Positions 13,704 through 25,160 of a stretch of 64,000 nt of DNA are shown piece by piece. Source of the stretch: Mobula hypostoma (lineage: Eukaryota). The translations under genes were made by a program, and so were the position numbers. Location of the stretch: assembly GCF_963921235.1 (NCBI RefSeq), contig NC_086107.1:96412001-96476000 (forward strand), read 5' to 3'. Within the stretch, counting starts at the first letter, position 1, and the number at the start of each line of letters is the position of its first letter. Under the pieces are notes generated by a model. It had not been told where the DNA came from, made no database searches, and was given only the letters and a program-made list of their open reading frames with translations.

Positions 13704-14199
13704 CATCTGTCAGACAATGCTGAGGATGTTCTACAAGTCTGTGGTGGCCAGTGCGATCATGTTTGCTGTTGTGTGCTGGGACAGCAGGCTGAGGGTAGCA
13801 GACACCAACAGAATCAACAAACTCATTCGTAAGGCCAGTGATGTTGTGGGGATGGAACTGGACTCTCTGACGGCGCTGTCTGAAAAGAGGATGCTGTCCA
13901 AGTCGCATGCCATCTTGGACAATGTCTCCCATCCACTACATAATGGACTGGTTGGGCACAGGAGTACATTCAGCCAGAGACTCATTCCACCGAGATGCAA
14001 CACTGAGCGTCATAGGAAGTCTTTCTGCTTCTGGCCATCAAACTTTACAACTCCTCCCTTGGAGAGTCAGACACCCTGAGCCAATAGGCTGGTCCTGGAC
14101 TTAGTTCCTGGCGTAATTTACATATTACTATTTAATTATTTATGGTGCAACTGTAACAAAAACCAACTTCCCTCGGGATCAATAAAGTATGACTATGAC
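13704..14199 (+). mobile_element. Rex1/Babar LINE 3' fragment inserted in Tigger
   Basis: NICQTMLRMFYKSVVASAIMFAVVCW...RINKLIRKASDVVG with tail AATAAAGTATGACTATGAC; CATAA is duplicated at the junctions. Confidence 0.8.
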
Positions 14200-14328
14200 C
14201 ATAAGGCATCAAAGGATAGGCTAACGTTATTGCTTGGGGGTAACTCATCTGGGGATTTCAAGCTCAAGCCTTTGCTTGAGAATCGCTCCCTAAATCTGAG
14301 GGCACTTTGCCGTATCATTAAGGCATCA

Positions 14329-14707
14329 GCAGCGAGCACTTTTGTGCAGACAGGACAGCGTGACCAGCCTCCCACGACCAGGAGAGCAGTGCAAGTTGAG
14401 CCAGCCTCTGAGACCGACCTGGGAGCCGGCAGCCTTGACGGAGGCAGTGTGCCAGTGACGTAGGCGCCCATAAGTACGGCCCAACTCCCAGATGATTGGT
14501 GGATCACTAGCAGCTTTACATAGCCTCTGACAAGTTGCACACATGACGGACCAGGTAGGCAACAGCTGTCCAGCACACCCACCCATCCCAGACAACCTAG
14601 GGGAGAGCTGCCAGCGGGCCAGGGCAGCAAGGTCTTTGCCAGGCCTCCTGCTTCAATCTAAACACCAGAGGCTAGGCAGGATGTAGCCGACTCAAGCGTA
14701 TGCCTGC
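14329..14707 (+). mobile_element. Probable 5' UTR and ORF1 start of a Tx1-group element (possibly the head of the third Tx1 copy)
   Basis: Not Tigger sequence. CTTCAATCTAAACACC...AGGATG (14651-14683) resembles CTCCAATCTAACACC...AAGATG, which precedes ORF1 in Tx1 copies 1 and 2. Confidence 0.4.
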
Positions 14708-14759
14708 ATCGCTTCTCGGCCTTTTGGCTAAGATCAAGTGTAGTATCTGTTCTTATCAG
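14708..14759 (+). ncRNA. RNU2: U2 snRNA 5' fragment (nt 1-52), orphan and truncated
   Basis: ATCGCTTCTCGGCCTTTTGGCTAAGATCAAGTGTAGTATCTGTTCTTATCAG matches the conserved vertebrate U2 5' end and includes the branch-point recognition GTAGTA (14740-14745). No U2 3' part was seen in the window. Confidence 0.96.
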
Positions 14760-14864
14760 ACCAGAAGGCGGAGGTGAAGAGTTTGCGCTGACGCAGGGGT
14801 GGATCCTAATGCTGATTGGCCTCCAATCTAACACCCCATACCAGCGACGACAGCAGTGAGGAAG

Positions 14865-16286
14865 ATGGCAGCAGCGAGCAGTGCTCGAGGCCAAGGTATC
14901 AAGAACACTGTCAGGCTGACAGTGCGAGACCGGAACGGGGGCACCGGCTTCACCCGAGAGACCTTCATCCAGAAGGTGTTGATGGAATGCTGCGGATTTA
15001 CGCCTGACGACATCTACTGCGTCCAGGACTTCGCAGATTTTTTCGACGTGACTTTCCGGCAGGCTGCAGGGTGGCAGAAGCTGTACCAGCAGCTTCAGCT
15101 GAAGGGGACAGAGGCGCCGCTGTCGCTGTTGAAAGCACAGGCCCTCTTTGCCACGGCTACCCAGCAGGAACGGACAATCACGGTGCACATGTTCAACCCG
15201 CACGTGCCAGTGGTAGATGTCCTTACATTCCTCGCTCGGTATGTGGAGAGCGTAGGAACGCCAGCAGACGTGAAGGACGGACTGGGAATCTGGACCAGCA
15301 AACGGCAGGTCAAGGTGAAGCTGAGGTTGGACTCCAACGGCGGCGTCATCCACCCCCCCTCCGTCTTCGCCATCGGAGGGAACCGAGGGTACACGGTGTA
15401 CGCGGGGCAACCCAGGGTGTGCCGAAACTGCGGCAAGGCAGGGCACATCGCAGCCCAGTGCAGGGTGGTGATGTGCAAGAACTGCAAAACTGAAGGCCAC
15501 CTGACCAAAGACTGCACGCAGGCCAAGTCCTGCAACCTTTGTGGACAAGACGGCCACCTGTACAGAGCCTGCCCGAGGCGTGGGGGCACCTACGCACAGG
15601 CAACCAGGGGAGGTGCTGGTCCTGAAAGGGCCCAGGCAGTTTCGGACGCCCCTGCCAGCACTGCCGAAGAGGCACCCGACAGGGCGGACGATGAGACCAG
15701 GGAGGAAGGGGCAAGCACCCCGAGACCTGCCACCCCACTGCAGACCCTCCAGGACCAAGCAAACGACGAGCAGGAGTCCATGGAGGAGGGGACAGCTGAG
15801 GTGGAAACGGAATGGAAGGTCGTGAAACGGAAAAAGACCCAAAAGGCGGCGGCCAAGCGACAGAAGGCGGAGCAACGCAAGAAAAGGGCAGGGAACCACA
15901 CAGCCTCTGGTACCCTGTCCTCTTCAGAGGAGGAAGGAGTTGGGGGAGGCCAGCAGCCCCAGCGGAAGAAGCGGCTGGCAGAACAGGTGGAGAGGAGGAG
16001 AGAGGAGGGGGAAAGTCTGCTGGCCACCCCCCAAGTACAGGAGGCGGAGAGCAGCAGACACACCGAGCTCCGGGAATCCGGGAGCAGAGCCACGGTTGGC
16101 ACCCAGCAGCCGGAAGCGGAAGCAGCCCAGGAAGCCAACAACCCCCCGGGCCCAGAACCAGAACGGCCACACACGGAGGAGTACTACCAGCAGTACCTGA
16201 GCCCACAGGAGGTGGAAAACTTCACAAAGGCGGTGGGAATGAAGGCTCAGGATGGCAAGGATGAGGACGGAGTGCAGCCAAAATAA
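14865..16286 (+). CDS. Tx1 ORF1p, gag-like nucleic-acid-binding protein with three CCHC zinc knuckles (intact frame)
   Basis: CRNCGKAGHIAAQC, CKNCKTEGHLTKDC and CNLCGQDGHLYRAC; basic WKVVKRKK stretch; low-complexity C-terminus. Confidence 0.9.
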   Translation: MAAASSARGQGIKNTVRLTVRDRNGGTGFTRETFIQKVLMECCGFTPDDIYCVQDFADFFDVTFRQAAGWQKLYQQLQLKGTEAPLSLLKAQALFATATQQERTITVHMFNPHVPVVDVLTFLARYVESVGTPADVKDGLGIWTSKRQVKVKLRLDSNGGVIHPPSVFAIGGNRGYTVYAGQPRVCRNCGKAGHIAAQCRVVMCKNCKTEGHLTKDCTQAKSCNLCGQDGHLYRACPRRGGTYAQATRGGAGPERAQAVSDAPASTAEEAPDRADDETREEGASTPRPATPLQTLQDQANDEQESMEEGTAEVETEWKVVKRKKTQKAAAKRQKAEQRKKRAGNHTASGTLSSSEEEGVGGGQQPQRKKRLAEQVERRREEGESLLATPQVQEAESSRHTELRESGSRATVGTQQPEAEAAQEANNPPGPEPERPHTEEYYQQYLSPQEVENFTKAVGMKAQDGKDEDGVQPK

Positions 16287-16296
16287 AAGACCTACA

Positions 16297-19200
16297 ATGA
16301 TGGCAGACCTTAAATTGGCGTGCTTGAATGTGCGAAGTTTGAAGAGTACTGGGCGATGCGTCAGCACGCTCCAGTACCTGGACACTGTAAAGACCGACGT
16401 GACCTTCCTCCAGGAGTGCGGACTACCACATCTCCGTAACTACCGGAGATGGTCACGGTGGTGGAAAAAAGGTTTGTCTGTGTGGTCGGGGGGCAACGAT
16501 TGTTGCGCTTCCGGCCTGGGGATTCTGCTACGGGGAGGTAACTTCTCAATCACCCAAGTTAAAGAGGTGGTTGCGGGGCGCCTCCTGGTAGCAGACGTCA
16601 AATACCGGGGCACTCCGCTCCGGCTGATCAACGTGTACGCCTCCCCGGTTCGGAGCGAGCGGCTGGCCGTCTTCGAGCAGCTCCCACAGCTGCTGGTGAC
16701 GTCCCAGCCGGTCGTTCTGGCCGGAGACTTCAACTGCACCATTGATGCGGCTGGAGGACCCGGCAGCGCCGACGGCAGGCTGGACAGTACCTCCAGACTC
16801 CTGAGGGAAATAGTAAAGACGGCCAAGCTGCGCGACGCCTTTGGCACCCCCACAGGTGGAGCACGGCCGCAAGCCACCTGGACACGATCGGACGGCTCAG
16901 CCCGCTCCCGGATCGACTTCCTCTTCCTGTCAGAGCCCCTCACGGTCAGGTCCACCGACGTCACGCCGGTGTTCTTCTCTGACCACTGCCTTCTGAGAGC
17001 CACCTGTCTTTTACGGGAGGACCAGAAGGCAGGCAGGGGGACGTGGAAGCTGAATGTTCAGCTGCTGACCCCAGAGAACATCGAGGAACTAGAGAGGGAG
17101 TACACAGGTTGGAGAACCTTGAAAGCCTTCTTTGATTCCCCGGTTCACTGGTGGGAAGCCACCAAAGAGAACATTAAGAGGTTCTTCATCCGCAAGGGTA
17201 TCCAGAAGGCAAGGCAGGAGCAGAGGGAACTGCGTAAACTCCAGACAGAGTTGCAGCAACTTCTCCTTCTGCAGTCGAAGGGGGTGGATGTCAGGGAGGA
17301 ATTGCGAGAGGTGAAGGGCCGGCAAGCCCATAACCTCGCCGCCGAATCCTCCAAGATCATCTTCCGATCAAGGGTCCAAACCGTGGAGCAGGACGAGACG
17401 TGCTCACGCTTCTTCTTCCAAAAGGTGCACAGGGGGAGCTCTGTGATCCACAACCTTAAGGAAGAGGACGGCTCAGTCGCGTCCTCGCAGACCGACATAC
17501 TGAGGATCTGCAAGTCCTTCTATGCCGGTCTGTACGACGAAAAGGCCACAGAATCCACAGCCTCCCGCAACTTCCTGTCGTCTATCACGCAGGTCTTAGA
17601 CGGCGGCAAGCGGGAGAGTCTGGATCAGCCACTGACCCTGGACGAGCTGACAGGCTCCATCCGTTCCTTTGGGTCGGGTAAGACTCCCGGAAGCGACGGC
17701 TTACCGGCTGAGTTGTACTCGGCTCTGTGGAACTGGATAGGCCCAGACCTGCTGGAAGTGTACAATGCTATGCTTCTGGCCGGCAGTATGTCTGAGTCCA
17801 TGAGGAAGGGCATCATCACCCTCATCTACAAGCAGAAGGGGGAAAGAGAGGACATTAGAAATTGGAGACCCATCTCTCTCCTGAATGTGGACTACAAGAT
17901 CCTGTCCAAGGCTATCGCCAACAGGGTCAAGTCTGCTCTGGGACAGGTGATCCACCCAGACCAAACCTGTGCTGTACCAGGCAGGAAGATCTCAGACAGC
18001 CTCGCGCTGCTGAGGGACACCATCGCCTACGTGCAGGACAGGAGGGTGGACGCCTGCCTGGTCAGCTTGGACCAGGAGAAAGCCTTCGACAGGATATCGC
18101 ACACGTACATGGCGGACGTGCTCTCCAAAATGGGATTTGGGGAGGGAATCCGGAATTGGATCAGACTGCTCTACACAGACATCCGTAGTGCAGTCCAGGT
18201 CAACGGGTGGGAAACAGACAGCTTCCCCATCAGGTCTGGAGTCAGGCAGGGCTGTCCCCTCTCCCGTCTTGTTTGTCTGCTGCATAGAACCCTTTGCGGA
18301 AGCCATTAGGAGGGATGAGGGCATAAGAGGGGTGACGCTGCCAGGCAGTGGAGGGACCCAAGTGAAAACCTCCCTGTGCATGGACGACGTCACCGTCTTC
18401 TGCTCTGATCCGAGGTCAGTTCGCAGGTTGATTGGCACCTGCGAACAGTTCGAGCTAGCGTCGGGGGCCAGGGTCAACCGCACGAAGAGCGAAGCCATGC
18501 TCTTCGGCAACTGGCCCGACCGATCCAGCGTCCCCTTCAACATCAGGTCTGACCACGTGAAGGTGTTGGGGATATGGTTCGGAGGGACGGAGGCGTGCAA
18601 CAAGAACTGGCAGGAGCGGACTGCCAAGGTGAAACAGAAACTGGGACTGTGGGGAGGGCGCTCCCTGTCGATAACGGGCAAGAACCTGGTCATCAGGTGT
18701 GAGGTGCTCTCAGGGCTGCTGTACTTGGCGCAGGTCTGGCCCGTCCCCCGCTCCTACAGCTCGGAAATCACCCGGGCTGTCTTCAGATTCGTCTGGGGAT
18801 CCAAGATGGAGCGGGTGGGACGGACCGCCATGCACAAGTCCCTGGACAACGGGGGCAAGAACGTCCCCAATGTCGCCCTCACCCTGATGGCCAGTTTCGT
18901 ATGTGGCTGCATCAGGTTGTGTGTAGAGCCCAGGTATGTGGGCACCAAGTACCGCTACGTGCCCAGGTTCTACTTGTCGCCCTGGCTACGAAGGATGGGT
19001 CTGGCCCCACTCCCGCGCAACACCCCAGTCAGCTGGTCGCTGCCGGCATACCTGTCCTACGTAGCAAAGTTCTTCCAGGAGAACGCCTTTGACCACAGGG
19101 CCATCAGGCAGTGGTCGGCACGTAGTGTCCTGCAGGCACTGCACGAGAAGGACGTGATGGACACAGTGGGGTGGTTCCCTGAGCAGACTGTCCAGTTCAT

Positions 19201-19708
19201 CTGGCAAAATGCCTCATCGCCAGATCTAACCAACAGGCACCAAGACCTCGCCTGGCTGGCGGTGAGAGGGGCCCTCCCAGTCAGAGCCCTCCTGTACGCC
19301 CGGAACGTCGTCTCCGCACCCCACTGCCCACGGGAGGACTGCAGTGAGGAGGAGTCTGTGACCCACCTCTATGCACACTGCCAGTTCGCAAAGAGGGTGT
19401 GGAGGAGGATGGACGGGCTAGTGTCACGGTTTATCCCCAGCAGCTGCGTAACAGAGGACTCTCTGATCTACGGGCTGTTCCCGGGGACACACACGGTTAC
19501 CAACGTCCGGTGCTGCTGGCAGATCATCAACTCGGTGAAAGATTCTATTTGGTCGGCCCGAAACTTGATGATCTACCAGCACATGGAGATGTCCGTGGGA
19601 GAATGCTGCCGACTGGCACATTCTCGACTGCAGGAGTACGTGCTGAGGGACGCACTGAAACTCGGTGCAGCCACCGCAAGGGCCCGGTGGGGAAGGACCA
19701 CAGTATAG
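16297..19708 (+). pseudogene. Tx1 ORF2 (APE endonuclease, RT, C-terminal Cys/His domain) with one 2-bp frameshift at ~18265 and YMDD changed to CMDD
   Basis: ORFs 16252-18309 and 18137-19708: LNVRSL, FLQEC, LAGDFN, SRIDF, FSDH, LDQEKAFDR, GVRQGCPLS, CMDD, CPREDC..EESVTHLYAHC. Confidence 0.92.
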
Positions 19709-19944
19709 GTTTCTCCACCCGTGGGAGTGGGAGGGGTCGGAGGGCGGGGAGTATACCCCTCAACAATGAAATGATATGGTAAGCTGAACTACTGGAGTGC
19801 CACGTGGGTGGCTATAAATACGGATATGTACTGTGTATAATGCAAACGTATGTAAAGGATGAAAAGTTATTGAATGGTTTATTGTATATATTTATTTTTG
19901 AATAAAGTATATTTTGAAATTAAAAAAAAATCTGTTCTTATCAG

Positions 19945-22900
19945 ACCAGAAGGCGGAGGTGAAGAGTTCGCGCTGACGCAGGGGTGGATCCTAATGCTCA
20001 TTGGCCTCCAATCTAACACCCCATACCAGCGACGACAGCAGTGAGGAAGATGGCAGCAGCAAGCAGTGCATCGGCTCGAGGCCAGGGTATCAAGAACACT
20101 GTCAGGCTGACAGTGCGAGACCGGAACGGGGGCACCGGCTTCAACCGAGAGACCTTCATCCAGAAGGTCATGATGGAACGCTGCGGATTTACGCCCGACG
20201 ATATCTACTGCGTCCAGGACTTCGCAGGTTTCTTCGATGTCACTTTCCGGCAGGCTGCAGGGTGGCAGAAGCTGTACCAGCAGCTTCAGCTGAAGGGGAC
20301 AGATGCGCCGCTGTCACTGCTGAAAGCACAGGTCCTCTTTGCAACGGCTACCCAGCAGGAACGGACAATCACGGTGCACATGTTCAACCCGCACGTGCCA
20401 GTGGTAGATGTCCTTACATTCCTCGCTCGGTATGTGGAGAGCGTAGGAACACCAGCAGACGTGAAGGACGGACTGGGAATCTGGACCAGCAAACGGCAGG
20501 TCAAGGTGAAGCTGAGGTTGGACTCCAACGGCGGTGTCATCCACCCCCCCTCCGTCTTCGCCATCGGAGGGAACCGAGGGTACACGGTGTACGCGGGGCA
20601 ACCCAGGGTGTGCCGAAACTGCGGCAAGGCAGGGCACATCGCAGCCCAGTGCAGGGTGGTGATGTGCAAGAACTGCAAAACCTAAGGCCACCCAACCAAA
20701 GACTGCACGCAGGCCAAGTCCTGCAACCTTTGTGGACAAGCCGGCCACCTGTACAGAGCCTGCCCGAGGCGTGGGGGCACCTACGCACAGGCAACCAGGG
20801 GAGGTGCTGGCCCTGAAAGGGCCCAGGCAGTTTCGGACGCCCCTGCCAGCACTGCAGAAGAGGCACCCGACAGGGCGGACGATGAGACCAGGGAGGAAGG
20901 GGCAAGCACCCCGAGACCTGCCACCCCACTGCAGACCCTCCAGGACCAAGCAAACGACGAGCAGGAGTCCATGGAGGAGGGGACAGCTGAGGTGGAAACG
21001 GAATGGAAGGTCATGAAACGGAAAAAGACCCAAAAGGCGGCGGCCAAGCGACAGAAGGCGGAGCAACGCAAGAAAAGGGCAGGGAACCACACAGCCTCTG
21101 GTACCCTGTCCTCTTCAGAGGAGGAAGGAGTTGGGGGAGGCCAGCAGCCCCAGCGGAAGAAGCGGCTGGCAGAACAGGTGGAGAGGAGGAGAGAGGAGGG
21201 GGAAAGTCTGCTGGCCACCCCCCAAGTACAGGAGGCGGAGAGCAGCAGACACACCGAGCTCCGGGAATCCGGGAGCAGAGCCACGGTTGGCACCCAGCAG
21301 CCGGAAGGGGAAGCAGCCCAGGAAGCCAACAACCACCCCGGGCCCAGAACCAGAACGGCCACACACGGAGGAGTACTACCAGCAGTACCTGAGCCCACAG
21401 GAGGTGGAAAACTTCATGAAGGCTCAGGATGGCAAGGATGAGGACGGAGAGCAGCCAAAATAAAAGACCTACAATGATGGCAGACCTTAAATTGGCATGC
21501 TTGAATGTGCGAAGTTTGAAGAGTACTGGGCGATGCGTCAGCACGCTCCAGTACCTGGACACTGTAAAGACCGACGTGACCTTCCTCCAGGAGTGCGGAC
21601 TACCACACCTCCGTAACTACCGGAGGTGGTCACGGTGGTGGAAAAAAGGTTTGTCTGTGTGGTCGGGGGGCAACGATTGTCGCGCTTCCGGCCTGGGGAT
21701 TCTGCTACGGGGAGGTAACTTCTCAATCACCCAAGTTAAAGAGGTGGTTGCGGGGCGCCTCCTGGTAGCAGACGTCAACCGAAGTTAAAGAGGTGGTTGC
21801 GGGGCCCCTCCTGGTAGCAGACGTCAAATACCGGGGCACTGCGCTCCGGCTGATCAACGTGTACGCCTCCCCCGTTCGGAGCGAGCGGCTGGCCGTCTTC
21901 GAGCAGCTCCCATAGCTGCTGGTGACATCCCAGCCGGTCGTTCTGGCCGGAGACTTCAACTGCACCATTGATGCGGCTGGAAGACCCGGCAGCACCGACG
22001 GCAGGCTGGACAGTACCTCCAGACTCCTGAGGGAAATAGTAAAGACGGCCAAGCTGCGCGACGCCTTTGGCACCCCCACAGGTGGAGCACAGCCGCAAGC
22101 CACCTGGACACGATCGGACGGCTCAGCCCGCTCCTGATCGACTTCCTCTTCCTGTCGGAGTCCCTCACGGTCAGGTCCACCGACGTCACGCCAGTGTTCT
22201 TCTCTGACCACTGCCTTCTGAGAGCCACCTGTCGTTTACGGGAGGACCAGAAGGCAGGCAGGGGGACGTGGAAGCTGAATGTTAAGCTGCTGACCCCAGA
22301 GAACAGCGAGGAACTAGAGAGGGAGTACACAGGTTGGAGAACCTTGAAAGCCTTCTTCGATTCCCCGGTTCACTGGTGGGAAGCCACCAAGGAGAACATT
22401 AATAGGTTCTTCATCCGCAAGGGTATCCAGAAGGCAAGGCAGGAGCAGAGGGAACTGCGTAAACTCCAGACAGAGTTGCAGCAATTTCTCCTTCTGCAGT
22501 CGAAGGGGGTGGATGTCAGGGAGGAATTGCGAGAGGTGAAGGGCCGGCAAGCCCATAACCTCGCCGCCAAATCCTCCAAGATCATCTTCCGATCAAGGGT
22601 CCAAACCGTGGAGCAGGACGAGACGTGCTCACGCTTCTTCTTCCAAAAGGTGCACAGGGGGAGTTCTGTGATCCACAACCTTAAGGAAGCGGACGGCTCA
22701 GTCGCGTCCTCGCAGACCGATATACTGAGGATCTGCAAGTCCTTCTATGCCGGTCTGTACGACGAAAAGGCCACAGAATCCACAGCCTCCCGCAACTTCC
22801 TGTCGTCTATCACGCAGGTCTTAGACGACGGCAGGCGGGAGAGTCTGGATCAGCCACTGACCCTGGACGAGCTGACAGGCTCCATCCGTTCCTTTGGGTC

Positions 22901-25160
22901 GGGTAAGACTCCCGGAAGCGACGGCTTACCGGCTGAGTTGTACGCGGCTCTGGGGAACTGGATGGGCCCAGACCTGCTGGAAGTGTACAACGCTATGCTT
23001 CTGGCCAGCAGTATGTCTGAGTCAATGAGGAAGGGCATCATCACCCTCATCTACAAGCAGAAGGGGGAAAGGGAGGACATTAGAAATTGGAGACCCATCT
23101 CTCTCCTGAATGTGGACTACAGGAGCCTGTCCAAGGCTATCGCCAACAGGGGCAAGTCTGCTCTGGGACAGGTGATCCACCCAGACCAAACCTGTGCTGT
23201 ACCAGGCAGGAAGATCTCAGACAGCCTCGCGCTGCTGAGGGACACCATCACCTACGTGCAGGACAGGAGGGTGGACGCCTGCCTGGTCAATTTGGACCAG
23301 GAGAAAGCCTTCGACAGGATATCGCACACGTACATGGCGGACGTGCTCTCCAAAATGGGATTTGGGGAGGGAATCCGGAATTGGATCAGACTGCTCTACA
23401 CAGACATCCGTAGTGCAGTCCAGGTTAACAGGTGGGAAACAGACAGCTTCCCCATCAGGTCTGGAGTCAGGCAGGGCTGTCCCCTCTCCCCTGTCTTGTT
23501 TGTCTGCTGCATAGAACCCTTTGCAGAAGCCATTAGGAGGGATGAGGGCATAAGAGGGGTGACGCTGCCAGGCAGCGGAGGGACCCAAGTGAAAACCTCC
23601 CTGTACATGGACGACGTCACCGTCTTCTGCTCTGATCCGAGGTCAGTTCGCAGGTTGATTGGCACCTGCGAACAGGTCGAGCTAGCGTTGGGGGCCAGGG
23701 TCAACCACACGAAGAGCGAAGCCATGCTCTTCGGCAACTGGCCCGACCGATCCAGCGTCCCCTTCACCATCAGGTCTGACCACGTGAAGGTGTTGGGGAT
23801 CTGGTTCGGAGGGGCGGAGGCGTGCAACAAGAACTGGCAGGAGCGGACTGCCAAGGTGAAACAGAAACTGGGACTGTGGGGAGGGCGCTCCCTGTCGATA
23901 ACGGGCAAGAACCTGGTCATCAGGTGTGAGGTGCTCTCAGGGCTGCTGTACTTGGCGCAGGTCTGGCCCGTCCCCCGCTCCTACAGCTCGGAAATCACCC
24001 GGGCTGTCTTCAGATTCTTCTGGGGATCCAAGATGGAGCGGGTGGGACGGACCGCCATGCACAAGTCCCTGGACAACGGGGGCAAGAACGTCCCCAATGT
24101 CGCCCTCACCCTGATGGCCAGCTTTGTATGTGGCTGCATCAGGTTGTGTGTAGAGCCCAGGTATGTGGGCACCAAGTACCACTATGTGCCCAGGTTCTAC
24201 TTGTCGCCCTGGCTACGAAGGATGGGTCTGGCCCCACTCCCGCACAACGCCCCAGTCAGCTGGTCGTTGCCGGCATACCTGTCCTACGTAGCAAAGTTCT
24301 TCCAGGAGAACGCCTTTGACCACAGGGCCATCAGGCAGTGGTCGGCACGTAGTGTCCTGCAGGCACTGCAGGAGAAGGACGTGATGGACACAGTGGGGTG
24401 ATTCCCTGAGCAGACTGTCCAGTCCATCTGGCAAAATGCCTCATCGCCAGATCTAACCAACAGGCACCAAGACCTCGCCTGGCTGGCGGTGAGAGGGGCC
24501 CTCCCAGTCAGAGCCCTCCTGTGCGCCCGGAACGTCGTCTCCGCACCCCACTGCCCACGGGAGGACTGCAGTGAGGAGGAGTCTGTGACCCACCTCTTTG
24601 CACACTGCCAGTTCGCAAAGAGGGTGTGGAGGAGGATGGACGGGCTAGTGTCACCGTTTATCCCCAGCAGCTGCCTAACAGAGGACTCTCTGATCTACGG
24701 GCGGTTCCCGGGGACACACATGGGGACCAACGTCCGGTGCTGCTGGCAGATCATCAACTCGGTGAAAGACGCTCTTTGGTCGGCCCGAAACTTGATGATC
24801 TACCAGCACATGGAGATGTCCGTGGGAGAATGCAGCCGACTGCCACATTCTCGGCTGCAGGAGTACGTGCTGAGGGACGTACTGAAACTCGGTGCAGCCA
24901 CCGCAAGGGCCCGGTGGGGAAGGACCACAGTATAGGTTTCTCCACCCGTGCGATTGGGAGGGGTCGGAGGGAGGGGAGTATACCCCTCAACAATGAAATG
25001 ATATGGTAAGCTGAACTACTGGAGTGCCACGTGGGTGGCTATAAATACGGATATGTACCGAGTATAATGGAAACGTATGTAAAGGATGAAAAGTTCTTGA
25101 ATGGTTTATTGTATATATTTATTTTTGAATAAAGTATATTTTGAAATTAAATAAAAAAAA
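19945..25160 (+). mobile_element. Keno-like Tx1 retrotransposon, copy 2 (full length, several stops and frameshifts)
   Basis: Nearly identical to copy 1 from ACCAGAAGGCGG to the poly(A). Stops at 20683 and 24399, a ~46-bp tandem duplication at 21733-21827, YMDD intact. Confidence 0.93.

Larger units (their letters stand above)
14760..19930 (+). mobile_element. Full-length Tx1-group non-LTR retrotransposon, Keno-like (U2-targeting), copy 1
   Basis: Two ORFs, AATAAA and poly(A), flanked by TCTGTTCTTATCAG (U2 nt 39-52) at 14746-14759 and 19931-19944. Confidence 0.93.

Noticed and set aside
13600..14079. Tigger-Rex1 fusion ORF
   Set aside because: A fortuitous in-frame insertion junction inside an already frameshifted transposase.
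14708..14759. Functional U2 snRNA gene
   Set aside because: Only nt 1-52 are present; no Sm site, 3' stem-loops or recognisable snRNA promoter context.
14658..16385. Long minus-strand ORFs (413, 286 and 194 aa) over Tx1 ORF1
   Set aside because: Antisense shadows of a GC-rich coding frame with no motifs.
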